Source: Candidatus Micrarchaeota archaeon (GTDB lineage Archaea > Micrarchaeota > Micrarchaeia > Anstonellales > Bilamarchaeaceae). From it: DNA of 43,541 nucleotides. Below the pieces are notes generated by a model. It made no database searches, was not told the origin of the DNA, and saw nothing but the letters and a program-made list of their open reading frames with translations. Where the stretch lies: NCBI GenBank assembly GCA_030668565.1, contig DAOVFD010000001.1, positions 1 through 43,541 of the forward strand, in the 5' to 3' direction. This document shows positions 27,560 to 35,641 of this stretch, piece after piece. Each line of letters opens with the position of its first letter. The first letter of the stretch is position 1. Position numbers and translations under genes: made by a program.

Positions 27560-27595
27560 TTAGGCTAACAAATTGTTGGTTGATAGTTAGCCTAA
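27560..27595. repeat. 36-nt palindromic element, copy 2 (TTAGGCTAACAAATT-N11-GTTAGCCTAA)
   Basis: Perfect 10-bp inverted arms (TTAGGCTAAC / GTTAGCCTAA). It sits between the fic TATA-like TTTTAAA (27550-27556) and the tRNA-Ser 3' end. Confidence 0.7.
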
Positions 27596-27610
27596 TCTCT
27601 GATAGAAAAG

Positions 27611-27736
27611 CGCCGAGGAGGAGATTTGAACTCCTAAGCCCTTACGGGCACCAGATCTCAAGTCCTCTTGAGAGAAGTGAACCGCAGTTCACCCGGATCT
27701 CAAGTCTGGCGCGTTACCGGATTCTGCCACCTCGGC
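27611..27736 (-). tRNA. tRNA-Ser: tRNA-Ser(UGA) with a 42-nt intron in the anticodon loop
   Basis: Acceptor stem GCCGAGG/CCTCGGC with discriminator G. Anticodon stem CCAGA/TCTGG and loop CTTGAGA (anticodon TGA). Long variable arm GCCC-GTAA-GGGC. T arm AGGAG-TTCAAAT-CTCCT. Intron ~27657-27698, register ambiguous because of an 11-nt repeat. No encoded CCA; mature length 84 nt. Confidence 0.85.
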
Positions 27737-27814
27737 TGAGGATAAGAATATAGCAAAATAGCATGATTGGTTTTTTAATTGTTATCTACGAAAGGATTTT
27801 TGCGGGTTGATTTC

Positions 27815-29059
27815 ATGAAACTGAAGGAAACAGATAGTGCAATCTATGGATTGCTCAGGGAAGAATTTGATTATCAGAAGAGTACCCTTAGACTGATAGC
27901 ATCAGAAAATTATACGAGTAAAGCCGTTATGGAGGCCACCGGTTCTGTTGCAACAAACAAATATGCCGAAGGTTATCCGGGAAAGAGATATTATGCAGGA
28001 AACCAGTACATAGACCAGATTGAGGAACTGGCAATAGAAAGAGCAAAGAAATTATTTAATGTGGGGCATGCAAATGTTCAGCCGCATTCAGGTTCATCCG
28101 CGAATATTGCTGCTTTTTTTTCATTTCTTGAGCCGGGTGACAAATTCATGGGGCTGGAACTGCCACATGGAGGACATCTTACCCATGGTTCACCGGTTAA
28201 TTTTTCAGGAAAATGGTTCAGGGCTGTTGCTTACGGAGTGGACAAGGAAACAGAAGCACTTGACTATGATGCGATAAAAAAACAGGCTATTGAAGAAAAA
28301 CCGAAACTGATAATCTGCGGTTATACTGCATATCCGCTCATGATAGATTTCAAGGCATTCAGGGAAATCTGCGATGAGGTTGGTGCGGTAATGATGGCTG
28401 ATATAAGCCATTTTGCAGGATTGGTTGCCGGCGGGGTTTACAATTCCCCTGCGCCCTACGCAGATGTGATAACATCAACAACGCATAAAACACTGCGGGG
28501 ACCAAGGGGGGCAATAATACTTGGACCTGAAGAAAACGGAAAGAAGATAGACAAAGGAGTATTCCCTGGAACACAAGGCGGGCCTCTTGAGCATGTGATA
28601 GCGGCAAAGGCGGTCTGTTTCCATGAAGCGATGCAACCGGAATTCAAGGAGTATGCTACGCAGATAGTGAAAAATGCGAAAGTACTTGCAGAAGAACTTG
28701 TTTCTTTGGGATTACGGCTTGTTGCAGGAAAAACAAATACGCATGTTCTGCTTGTGGACCTCAACCAGAAAGGGATAACCGGAAAGGATGCACAGGCAGC
28801 TCTTGAAGAAGCGGGAATAATAACAAACAGGAATACTATTCCTTTTGATACCCGCAGCCCGTTCGTAACAAGCGGATTGAGACTGGGAACGCCCGCGCTG
28901 ACAACAAGGGGAATGAAAGAAGATGAGATGAAGCACATAGCCCGGATGATTGTGAAGGTAATTGAAAATCCGAATGACAGCGAACTTAAACTCAAAGTAA
29001 GGAGTGAAGTGGAAGAGTTATGCGGCAAATTCCCTATTTACGGGGATGTCTCATATTAA
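27815..29059 (+). CDS. glyA: Serine hydroxymethyltransferase
   Basis: PLP-lysine motif [13 protein letters not shown], plus [11 protein letters not shown] and [13 protein letters not shown] 27815 preferred over the ORF-track TTG 27779. Confidence 0.92.
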   Translation: MKLKETDSAIYGLLREEFDYQKSTLRLIASENYTSKAVMEATGSVATNKYAEGYPGKRYYAGNQYIDQIEELAIERAKKLFNVGHANVQPHSGSSANIAAFFSFLEPGDKFMGLELPHGGHLTHGSPVNFSGKWFRAVAYGVDKETEALDYDAIKKQAIEEKPKLIICGYTAYPLMIDFKAFREICDEVGAVMMADISHFAGLVAGGVYNSPAPYADVITSTTHKTLRGPRGAIILGPEENGKKIDKGVFPGTQGGPLEHVIAAKAVCFHEAMQPEFKEYATQIVKNAKVLAEELVSLGLRLVAGKTNTHVLLVDLNQKGITGKDAQAALEEAGIITNRNTIPFDTRSPFVTSGLRLGTPALTTRGMKEDEMKHIARMIVKVIENPNDSELKLKVRSEVEELCGKFPIYGDVSY

Positions 29060-29147
29060 AATAAGGAAGAGTAAAAAAAGAAAGAAAGAATAATAAAACA
29101 GGACGACCTCATGGAGGACCGCCCCAACCTAGTCGCTGTAAATCAGA

Positions 29148-29237
29148 TTATCTCCTTCTTTTTTTCTTTTTAGTTGTTTTCTTTGTTGTCTTTTTCTTTT
29201 TTGCTTTCTTTTTTGTTTTTTTCTTTCTTGCTGCCAT
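29148..29237 (-). CDS. Possible 29-aa polybasic micro-protein (MAARKKKTKKKAKKKKTTKKTTKKKKRRR)
   Basis: ATG preceded by GAGGTG plus 8 A (canonical SD spacing). T-rich tract downstream. The composition may simply reflect a purine-rich tract. Confidence 0.25.
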   Translation of the reverse strand: MAARKKKTKKKAKKKKTTKKTTKKKKRRR

Positions 29238-29484
29238 TTTTTTTTCACCTCAAATTTTAATGACAATATTACAACAAAAAATAGTTTTATAAAGTTATTT
29301 GTAATTTTTACCAAAAAAGCGGGTTTTTGAAAGTTTTTTGCGCAAAAAAATTAAAAATTGAAAAAAAATTTACAAAAAATTATTTTGATTTGCTTTTTTT
29401 CGTTTCAGATTAAATTTATAAAAATCAAAAATAAATTTAAAAGCGGCTGTAGTCTAGGAAACTTTACTGATGTTTTTGAGTAAC

Positions 29485-29513
29485 CTAATGTTATATAAAT
29501 CTAACGTTATATA
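29485..29513 (+). promoter_or_regulatory. Two 13-nt direct repeats CTAAYGTTATATA (16-nt period), TATA-like / possible operator
   Basis: CTAATGTTATATA (29485-29497) and CTAACGTTATATA (29501-29513) lie just upstream of the membrane-protein/XRE operon start (29530/29533). Confidence 0.3.
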
Positions 29514-29529
29514 TTTTTAACATGGTGAT

Positions 29530-29916
29530 GTGATGAATGTATATACGCTGATAAGAGACCTAGTGGGATTCGTCGCGCTTTTTATTATATTTCCCGCATT
29601 TGTATTTCTACCCATTGAATTTTTTATAATTTTAATGTTCCCAGTATGGATAATTCTTCTAATAGCAGGTATTTTCTTACATCTAACCAAAAAGAAGATG
29701 GTCTTCGATGAAAGAATGACAAGGATAAGTGCAACGAGCCATGTATACGCGATGCTGATAACAATGATATGGGGTGCTGTACTCATTTTTGTAGCTAAAT
29801 ATTTTGATATTGGGTGGCTGACAGTTCCTCTCGCAGTATATAGTATTATTTTAGTGCTTGTATTAACATCGAGGATATTTTTTGAGATAATGGTGAGATT
29901 ACCCGAAAGAGAGTAA
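29530..29916 (+). CDS. Small multi-pass membrane protein (DUF2178-like, tentative)
   Basis: 128 aa with 3-4 hydrophobic helices. An XRE regulator follows 5 nt downstream. This pairing is common for DUF2178/YozG-type modules. Confidence 0.65.
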   Translation: MMNVYTLIRDLVGFVALFIIFPAFVFLPIEFFIILMFPVWIILLIAGIFLHLTKKKMVFDERMTRISATSHVYAMLITMIWGAVLIFVAKYFDIGWLTVPLAVYSIILVLVLTSRIFFEIMVRLPERE

Positions 29917-29921
29917 GTGAT

Positions 29922-30122
29922 ATGATATCCAATCTAAAGAAAGCAAGGGAAATGGCAGGTCTGACCCAGCAACAACTAGCCGAAAAGGTTGGGGTCTTAA
30001 GACAAACTATATTATTTCTGGAAAAAGGAGAGTATAATCCCTCTCTTAGACTGGCTTATAAGATCTCAAAAATAGTGAAAGTACCCATCGACAAATTGTT
30101 CTCTTTTGAAGATGAGGAATGA
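29922..30122 (+). CDS. XRE-family helix-turn-helix transcriptional regulator
   Basis: 66 aa. LTQQQLAEKVGVLRQTILFLEKGEYNPSLRLAYKISK is a classic Cro/C1-type HTH. Confidence 0.85.
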   Translation: MISNLKKAREMAGLTQQQLAEKVGVLRQTILFLEKGEYNPSLRLAYKISKIVKVPIDKLFSFEDEE

Positions 30123-30578
30123 TTAGTCTTCCATCTGGGAAGCTTTCTGGAATATCTTCACCATCTTGCTCTTGACCGTTATCGGGATAGGAACTGCCAC
30201 CTCAACAAGTTCAACGGTTATTTCATCGTGCGGCTCATCCACTTTCACAACCTTTGCACGCTCCCCCTTGAAAGGTCCTGAAGACATTTCCACAAGGTCC
30301 CCGACTTCGATTGTAAGTGTCGGCTGTTTGGTAAGAACAAGCAGTTTTTCTATTTCTTTGTTCTCTATCGGGGTTTTAAGGAATCCCTTAACATGCCTCA
30401 CTCTCTGTATGAGCTTTGCAAGTATGTTCTTGTCAGGAACTTCAACAAATAAGTATCCTTTTATATTTTCTATATATACTATTGAATAAACATCGAGTTT
30501 TTCCGCCCTGGCTTTTTTTTCAAGCATCTGTGCTATTATTTTTTCCTGGCCGGAAGTTACACGGATTGTATATATCAT
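30123..30578 (-). CDS. spt5: Transcription elongation factor Spt5 (NusG)
   Basis: NGN domain (YTIRVTSGQEK...KGYLFVEV) and KOW motif (GDLVEMSSGPFKGERAKVVKVD). The ATG at 30578 follows AGGTGA with 5-nt spacing; the ORF-track start 30605 would overlap secE. Confidence 0.9.
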   Translation of the reverse strand: MIYTIRVTSGQEKIIAQMLEKKARAEKLDVYSIVYIENIKGYLFVEVPDKNILAKLIQRVRHVKGFLKTPIENKEIEKLLVLTKQPTLTIEVGDLVEMSSGPFKGERAKVVKVDEPHDEITVELVEVAVPIPITVKSKMVKIFQKASQMED

Positions 30579-30601
30579 TAAGTTCACCTGCCCATACTTT
30601 A

Positions 30602-30763
30602 TCATATAAGATTAAAAACCAGCGATACCACCAGTCCTATGATTCCAAATAGCATCATGCCCGCCGCAGCTACCTTTGCAACTTTCCGGAATTCCTGCGG
30701 GGTAGGTTTTCTTGAGATGTGAAATATCCTGATGCATCTTCTAATCAATTCACGTAATTCCAA
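30602..30763 (-). CDS. secE: Preprotein translocase subunit SecE / Sec61-gamma
   Basis: Not in the ORF track (53 aa). My translation: (M)ELRELIRRCIRIFHISRKPTPQEFRKVAKVAAAGMMLFGIIGLVVSLVFNLI. TTG start 4 nt after AGGTGA. Lies in the conserved ftsZ-secE-nusG position. Confidence 0.75.
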   Translation of the reverse strand: MELRELIRRCIRIFHISRKPTPQEFRKVAKVAAAGMMLFGIIGLVVSLVFNLI

Positions 30764-30777
30764 TCAATCACCTGAAA

Positions 30778-32004
30778 TCAACCTATGATATCGAGGTCGA
30801 GAACCTCAACATCCGAACCTTTTTCAAGCACGTATTTGGGAAATTGCACTCCTGCAAGAACTATGAGAACGCGCATGGATGAACGTTTCATTTTTTCCTC
30901 TACTCTTGCACCCCATATTATATGAGCATCTGAATCTATTCTCCTTGCTGTTTCAGAGACCACGAATTCCGCTTCTTTCAGTGTCATGTCCTGCCCGCCG
31001 ATTACGTTAACCAACGCCTTCTTTGCGGAATTTATGCTGGCGTCCAGGAGCGGGGAGTTCAACGCAGTCTCCACTGCAATCCTCGCCCTTTCATCGTGCT
31101 TAGCGTCTATGGTGGCCTCACCAAGACCAATCACCGCATAGCCTGCACTTGCGAGTATTGTTCTGAGGTCTGCGAAATCAACGTTCATCAGTCCGGATTT
31201 GGTTACCAGCTCTGCGATTCCCTTGACCGAGCCTGCAAGCACTTCATCGCATACCTTGAATGCTGTATTAAGCGGAAGGTTTGGAACCAGTCCGAGTAAT
31301 TTATCATTCTTGATTACTATAAGGGTATCAACGCTTTTCCTGAGTTTTTCAAGACCATGGAGTGCGTTTTCCATCCTTACTCTTCCCTCGGAAACGAACG
31401 GAAGTGTTACGATGGCAACTGTAAGGGCACCTGCACTTCTTGCAGCCTGTGCTATTATCGGCGCGCTTCCGGTTCCTGTTCCCCCTCCAAGACCACAGGT
31501 TATGAACACCATCGATGCTCCACCCAGAGCATTCTTTATGTCTGCCAATGACTCCTTCGCGGCTTCCTCTCCTACAAGGGGATTTGAACCTGCACCCCTT
31601 CCGCCGCTGACTTTCTTTCCAAGAAGTATTTTCTTATTGGAACGGACTCTCAGAAGATGTCTTGCGTCAGTGTTCATTCCTACCAACGTAACTCCCTGGG
31701 TTCCCATATGGAAAAGACGGTCCAGGGTATTCGTTCCGCTTCCTCCGGTTCCAATAACGTAAATCTTCTGCTCCGTCTCCTTAAGGAATTTCAATATTTC
31801 CTCGTCATCGGTTGTGGGTTTTTCTTCGGTTGTCGGGGGTTTTGACGCAGTGCCTGCATCCGGGGCAGGTATCCTGTCCACCGGCCTGGGCTCTTCTTTT
31901 ACCACATCCTGGCTTGTGCTGGGCGTGTCCTCCACTGTGGAAATAGAGGTTGGAGTATCCGACTTAACCGCTGGAACATTTTCCCTTTTTTCTTCATCAC
32001 CCAT
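30778..32004 (-). CDS. ftsZ: Cell division protein FtsZ
   Basis: Tubulin signature GLGGGTGTGSAPIIA and GTGGSGTN. ~75-aa P/T/E-rich N-terminal extension. AGGTGA SD 4 nt upstream of the ATG. Confidence 0.93.
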   Translation of the reverse strand: MGDEEKRENVPAVKSDTPTSISTVEDTPSTSQDVVKEEPRPVDRIPAPDAGTASKPPTTEEKPTTDDEEILKFLKETEQKIYVIGTGGSGTNTLDRLFHMGTQGVTLVGMNTDARHLLRVRSNKKILLGKKVSGGRGAGSNPLVGEEAAKESLADIKNALGGASMVFITCGLGGGTGTGSAPIIAQAARSAGALTVAIVTLPFVSEGRVRMENALHGLEKLRKSVDTLIVIKNDKLLGLVPNLPLNTAFKVCDEVLAGSVKGIAELVTKSGLMNVDFADLRTILASAGYAVIGLGEATIDAKHDERARIAVETALNSPLLDASINSAKKALVNVIGGQDMTLKEAEFVVSETARRIDSDAHIIWGARVEEKMKRSSMRVLIVLAGVQFPKYVLEKGSDVEVLDLDIIG

Positions 32005-32192
32005 AGTTTCACCTGGGCAAAAACAGTGATTATATATCTAAAGCAAAAGATATTTATATGTAGCGAAATACTACTGTCTAAAGAAAGCAGGAGGTTGATT
32101 TTACGGAAGTCATAACAGAAACATCACTATCTATTCCTCTGATAAAAAAGGGGAAGGTCAGGGATACATACGAACTGGATAACGGGCTGCTG

Positions 32193-32975
32193 ATGGTTTC
32201 CACTGACAGGCTCAGTGCTTTTGACGTAGTATTTAAGGAGGGGATACCGAATAAGGGAAGGGTGCTGAATACGATTTCGGTGTTCTGGTTCAAAAAAACG
32301 GAAGGAATAATAGAAAACCACATGATTACCACCGATATTCCTGCAGGACTTCCGGATTATCTCAGGGGAAGGAGCATGGTTGTGAAGAAAGCAACCCCCG
32401 TACTTCTCGAATGCGTTGTCCGCGGCCATTTGACAGGAAGCGGATGGAAGGAATACCAGAAAACCGGCTCGGTGTGCGGCATAGAGCTGGAAGAAGGGCT
32501 GCAGAACGGCAGCAGGATAAAAGAACCGATTTTTACCCCATCAACAAAGGCTGAAACAGGTCATGATGAGAATATCACCGAAGAAAAAGCTGCGGAGATA
32601 GTAGGAAAAACCACCTTTGAATTTGTCAGGAAAAAGGCCCTCAAACTCTACAAATTCGGGAGGGACTATGCGTTTGACAGGGGACTTGTCCTTGCAGACA
32701 CCAAATTTGAATTCGGATACAGCCCTGAAGGGAGGATAATACTTATAGATGAGATTCTGACTCCTGATTCCAGCAGGTACTGGCTGAAGGATGAGTACGA
32801 AAAAGGAAAACTGGTAAGCCTTGACAAACAATTCGTAAGGGATTACCTTGAGGAAACAGATTGGAACAAGAAACCTCCGCCGCCGCCCCTGCCAGCAGAT
32901 GTCATACAGAAGACTTCGGAGAGATACCTTAAGGCATATCAGATGCTTACCGGTGAGGAACTGCCGGTTTTCTGA
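32193..32975 (+). CDS. purC: SAICAR synthetase (start codon uncertain; homology extends upstream to at least ~32139)
   Basis: Motifs STDRLSAFD, IPNKGRVLN, LADTKFEFG. Coordinates run from the first canonical start. The conserved KGKVRDTYE segment is encoded in-frame upstream with no ATG/GTG/TTG. Confidence 0.85.
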   Translation: MVSTDRLSAFDVVFKEGIPNKGRVLNTISVFWFKKTEGIIENHMITTDIPAGLPDYLRGRSMVVKKATPVLLECVVRGHLTGSGWKEYQKTGSVCGIELEEGLQNGSRIKEPIFTPSTKAETGHDENITEEKAAEIVGKTTFEFVRKKALKLYKFGRDYAFDRGLVLADTKFEFGYSPEGRIILIDEILTPDSSRYWLKDEYEKGKLVSLDKQFVRDYLEETDWNKKPPPPPLPADVIQKTSERYLKAYQMLTGEELPVF

Positions 32976-33672
32976 AAAGCAGGCCCTGTAATCTCTTATT
33001 GTATATTATATTGGCAAAGCCGGCCCGTTTCAGCCTTTTTTCCACTTCTTCTGCTATTTTTCTGCCTTTACCCTTACCTACAGAGCCAACATAATGGAAA
33101 ATCCTTGCCTGGGGTTTTGCAACCCTGTAAAGCTCCTGGTAGAATTTGAGTGAATAAAGCAGGGGTGCCCTTGAGAACCTCGGAGGGTCATGGATTATTA
33201 CTGAAAAAGAATTATCATCGAACTGCTTTATCTCCTCGGCAATGTCCCCTAGAGTTATCTCTATTCTCCTGCTGAACAGTTTTTTGCTCCACGGATTCCA
33301 TTCCACAAGTTTCAGAACAGGGCCGTTTATCTCGAAAGTTACAACCTTTTTTGCTTTTGAGGCTTCTATTGCCGTATAACCAAGGCCCATGCATGTATCA
33401 AGAACAATGTCTCTCCTCCCTATACCTAGTTTCTCTGCAATCTCCCTTGAATAGTCCAGAGGGGTCTTGAAATCCTTTACAAGATGCATCCTCAATCCGT
33501 CTATTTCAAGAATCGGGATTCCATTAAACAACCTGAGCTTATAGAGATGCTCATCGAATATGGACAGGATGTGCCTCTTTTTCCCTTTCTCAACATAGAT
33601 GTTTCCTTCGGGGTCGCTAAAATAGGCTGCTCCGCCCGTTTCAATCAGCCTCTTGAGTTCTCTCTTTTTCAT
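32947..33672 (-). CDS. Class I SAM-dependent methyltransferase with DPPR motif
   Basis: 241 aa. Motif I-like VLDTCMGLGYTAIEA and motif IV-like IIHDPPRF. Substrate unknown. Confidence 0.65.
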   Translation of the reverse strand: MKKRELKRLIETGGAAYFSDPEGNIYVEKGKKRHILSIFDEHLYKLRLFNGIPILEIDGLRMHLVKDFKTPLDYSREIAEKLGIGRRDIVLDTCMGLGYTAIEASKAKKVVTFEINGPVLKLVEWNPWSKKLFSRRIEITLGDIAEEIKQFDDNSFSVIIHDPPRFSRAPLLYSLKFYQELYRVAKPQARIFHYVGSVGKGKGRKIAEEVEKRLKRAGFANIIYNKRLQGLLFRKPAVPHR

Positions 33673-33680
33673 AAAATCAG

Positions 33681-34967
33681 TTATGCAAAAATGAATTCCT
33701 CTGCGCCCATGAAGTCTCTAAGCACTTTCGGTATTTTCACTGTTTTTTTGTCTTCCTGATAGTTTTCCAGGATTGCTATTAATGTCCTACCCACTGCAAG
33801 GCCACTTCCGTTAAGCGTATGCACGTATTCCAGTTTTCCCTTGCTCCTGAACTTTATGTTTGCCCTTCTGGCCTGGAAATCAACGCAGTTTGAACATGAG
33901 GATACTTCACGGTACCTGTTCTGGCTTGGAATCCAGATTTCCAAATCATAGGTCTTTGCAGCAGCAAATCCGATGTCTCCGGTGCACAGCTCAACAACCC
34001 GGTAAGGAAGCTCAAGCAACTGGAGTATTCTTTCGGCATCCTTCGTAAGGCTCTCAAGCTCATCATAACTCCTTTCCGGATGGGTGAACTTAACGAGTTC
34101 CACCTTGTCAAACTGGTGCTGCCGGATGAGGCCCCTTATGTCCTTTCCGTATGCACCTGCCTCCCTCCTGAAGCATGGCGTGAAGGCAGCAACCTTTATC
34201 GGGAGGCGGACTTCATCAATAATTTCCCCTGCATACATGTTGATAAGCGGAACCTCTGCCGTGGGTACCATCCAGAGGTCATCATCCCTGCACTTGTATA
34301 AATCGTTCCCGAATTTTGGGAGCTGGCCCGTTCCCGTCATCGTCTTTGTATTGACAAGATATGGTGGTGCTATCTCGGTATAACCATGGGTTGTCTGCAC
34401 CGAAAGCATGAAATTTATCAAGGCCCTCTCAAGTTTTGCAACCGGGCCCTTCATTATGGCAAACCTGTGCTCTGCAAGTTTCACCCCTCTTTCAAAGTCA
34501 ATAAGCCCTGAAATCTCACCTACCTGGTAGTGCGAAAGGACATCATCGGCGTTCTTCTTTGTTTCGCCCCATTTTCGTATTTCCTTGTTTTTGCTCTCGT
34601 CTTCACCCACAGGAACGGAATCATGAGGTATCGCCGGAAGCTGCAGGAGCAGGCCATTTCTTTTTGTCTCAAGCTGTTCTGTTTCAACCGAGATTTCCTT
34701 GATTCTCTTGCTTATCTTTGCAGATTCCTTTATCTCCTTGTCCGCGGATTCACCTGTTTTTTTCTTGTTTGATATGCCAATGTTAAGCTTGTTCCTTTCC
34801 GCCCTGAGCTCTTCCTCCTCTTTTTTTACGTTTCTCCACTTGACGTCAAGCTCTATTATTTCCTCCAGAACCCTGAAGCTGTCTTCCGGATAATGCCTTT
34901 TTTTCAGCGCATTCTCAACAATTTCAGGATTATCCCTGATTATATGAATATCGAGCATGAACTTCAC
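33681..34967 (-). CDS. serS: Seryl-tRNA synthetase
   Basis: 428 aa. N-terminal coiled-coil arm. Class II motifs FRREAG and TLNGSGLAVGRTLIAILEN. Confidence 0.93.
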   Translation of the reverse strand: MKFMLDIHIIRDNPEIVENALKKRHYPEDSFRVLEEIIELDVKWRNVKKEEEELRAERNKLNIGISNKKKTGESADKEIKESAKISKRIKEISVETEQLETKRNGLLLQLPAIPHDSVPVGEDESKNKEIRKWGETKKNADDVLSHYQVGEISGLIDFERGVKLAEHRFAIMKGPVAKLERALINFMLSVQTTHGYTEIAPPYLVNTKTMTGTGQLPKFGNDLYKCRDDDLWMVPTAEVPLINMYAGEIIDEVRLPIKVAAFTPCFRREAGAYGKDIRGLIRQHQFDKVELVKFTHPERSYDELESLTKDAERILQLLELPYRVVELCTGDIGFAAAKTYDLEIWIPSQNRYREVSSCSNCVDFQARRANIKFRSKGKLEYVHTLNGSGLAVGRTLIAILENYQEDKKTVKIPKVLRDFMGAEEFIFA

Positions 34968-35017
34968 TTTATTGCGATATGTTTTAATACTTTGATAAGA
35001 AATTCACTAAGGATACC

Positions 35018-35641
35018 ATGAACAAACTGAGAAGAAAAGTCAGGGCGACCGTTCCGGCACTGGTATATGCACTGGGATTCATGATAGTCCTGATACTGAG
35101 TGTGATGTTTTCGGATTTTATACATAGTATCCCGCTGCTCGGTATGCTCATGACCACTGCTCTCGTTGTTTTTTATGTTCTGGCAATCTATTTCCTTTTC
35201 AAGACCGCTTCTGATATTAATCTGGAATCGACAAAGGCAGCAGCATTTTCCCTGTTCTGGTTTGTTGCGGCCAATATCTGCATACTGTATATTGCCGGCT
35301 CTTCTTTTGTCGGTGCACTGAACAGAACATCATTTGAGGATATAGAAATAATTACTATGTATAATATACTGACAGGCTGGATAGTCGCAACCCATATCGC
35401 AAAAACAGTGAACACTCATCTTTTCGACCTTATGGTTGGAATGATGGCATGGCTTGTGATATTTTCCCTGTTCTTTTCCATAAGCACTGGTGTCGTACCG
35501 AACCTTGGCCTGGACCATGTCTATATACTTGGGGCAATAGTGGTGTTTACAATAGCCTATTTCCTTGTCGTATATCTGAAAGACCACATACTCCACAAGA
35601 TGAATGGAAATCACAAGAAGAAAAAGAGGAAAAAGAAATGA
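35018..35641 (+). CDS. Multi-pass membrane protein, unknown function
   Basis: 207 aa, ~6 hydrophobic helices, polybasic tail HKKKKRKKK. Confidence 0.65.
   Translation: MNKLRRKVRATVPALVYALGFMIVLILSVMFSDFIHSIPLLGMLMTTALVVFYVLAIYFLFKTASDINLESTKAAAFSLFWFVAANICILYIAGSSFVGALNRTSFEDIEIITMYNILTGWIVATHIAKTVNTHLFDLMVGMMAWLVIFSLFFSISTGVVPNLGLDHVYILGAIVVFTIAYFLVVYLKDHILHKMNGNHKKKKRKKK

Noticed and set aside
29129-29314. 61-aa minus-strand ORF from the ORF track (MVKITNNF...KRKQKRKRQQRK...)
   Set aside because: No SD or promoter-like context at its ATG. Its basic part is simply one frame of the purine tract. The shorter SD-preceded frame (29148-29237) is the only version worth testing.
29240-29520. AT-rich spacer as replication origin
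   Set aside because: No Orc1/Cdc6 gene or recognisable ORB-type inverted repeats occur in the window. It is kept only as a low-interest observation to test with skew analysis.
27611-34967. Apparent serine theme (tRNA-Ser, serine hydroxymethyltransferase, seryl-tRNA synthetase within 7.4 kb)
   Set aside because: The genes are on different strands, separated by unrelated genes, and lack shared regulatory sequence. This is most likely coincidence.
35449-35637. N-terminal extension of the 342-aa ORF overlapping the preceding membrane protein gene
   Set aside because: The extension is out of frame with a well-formed membrane protein and has non-protein-like sequence. ATG 35638 gives an ATGA-coupled start.
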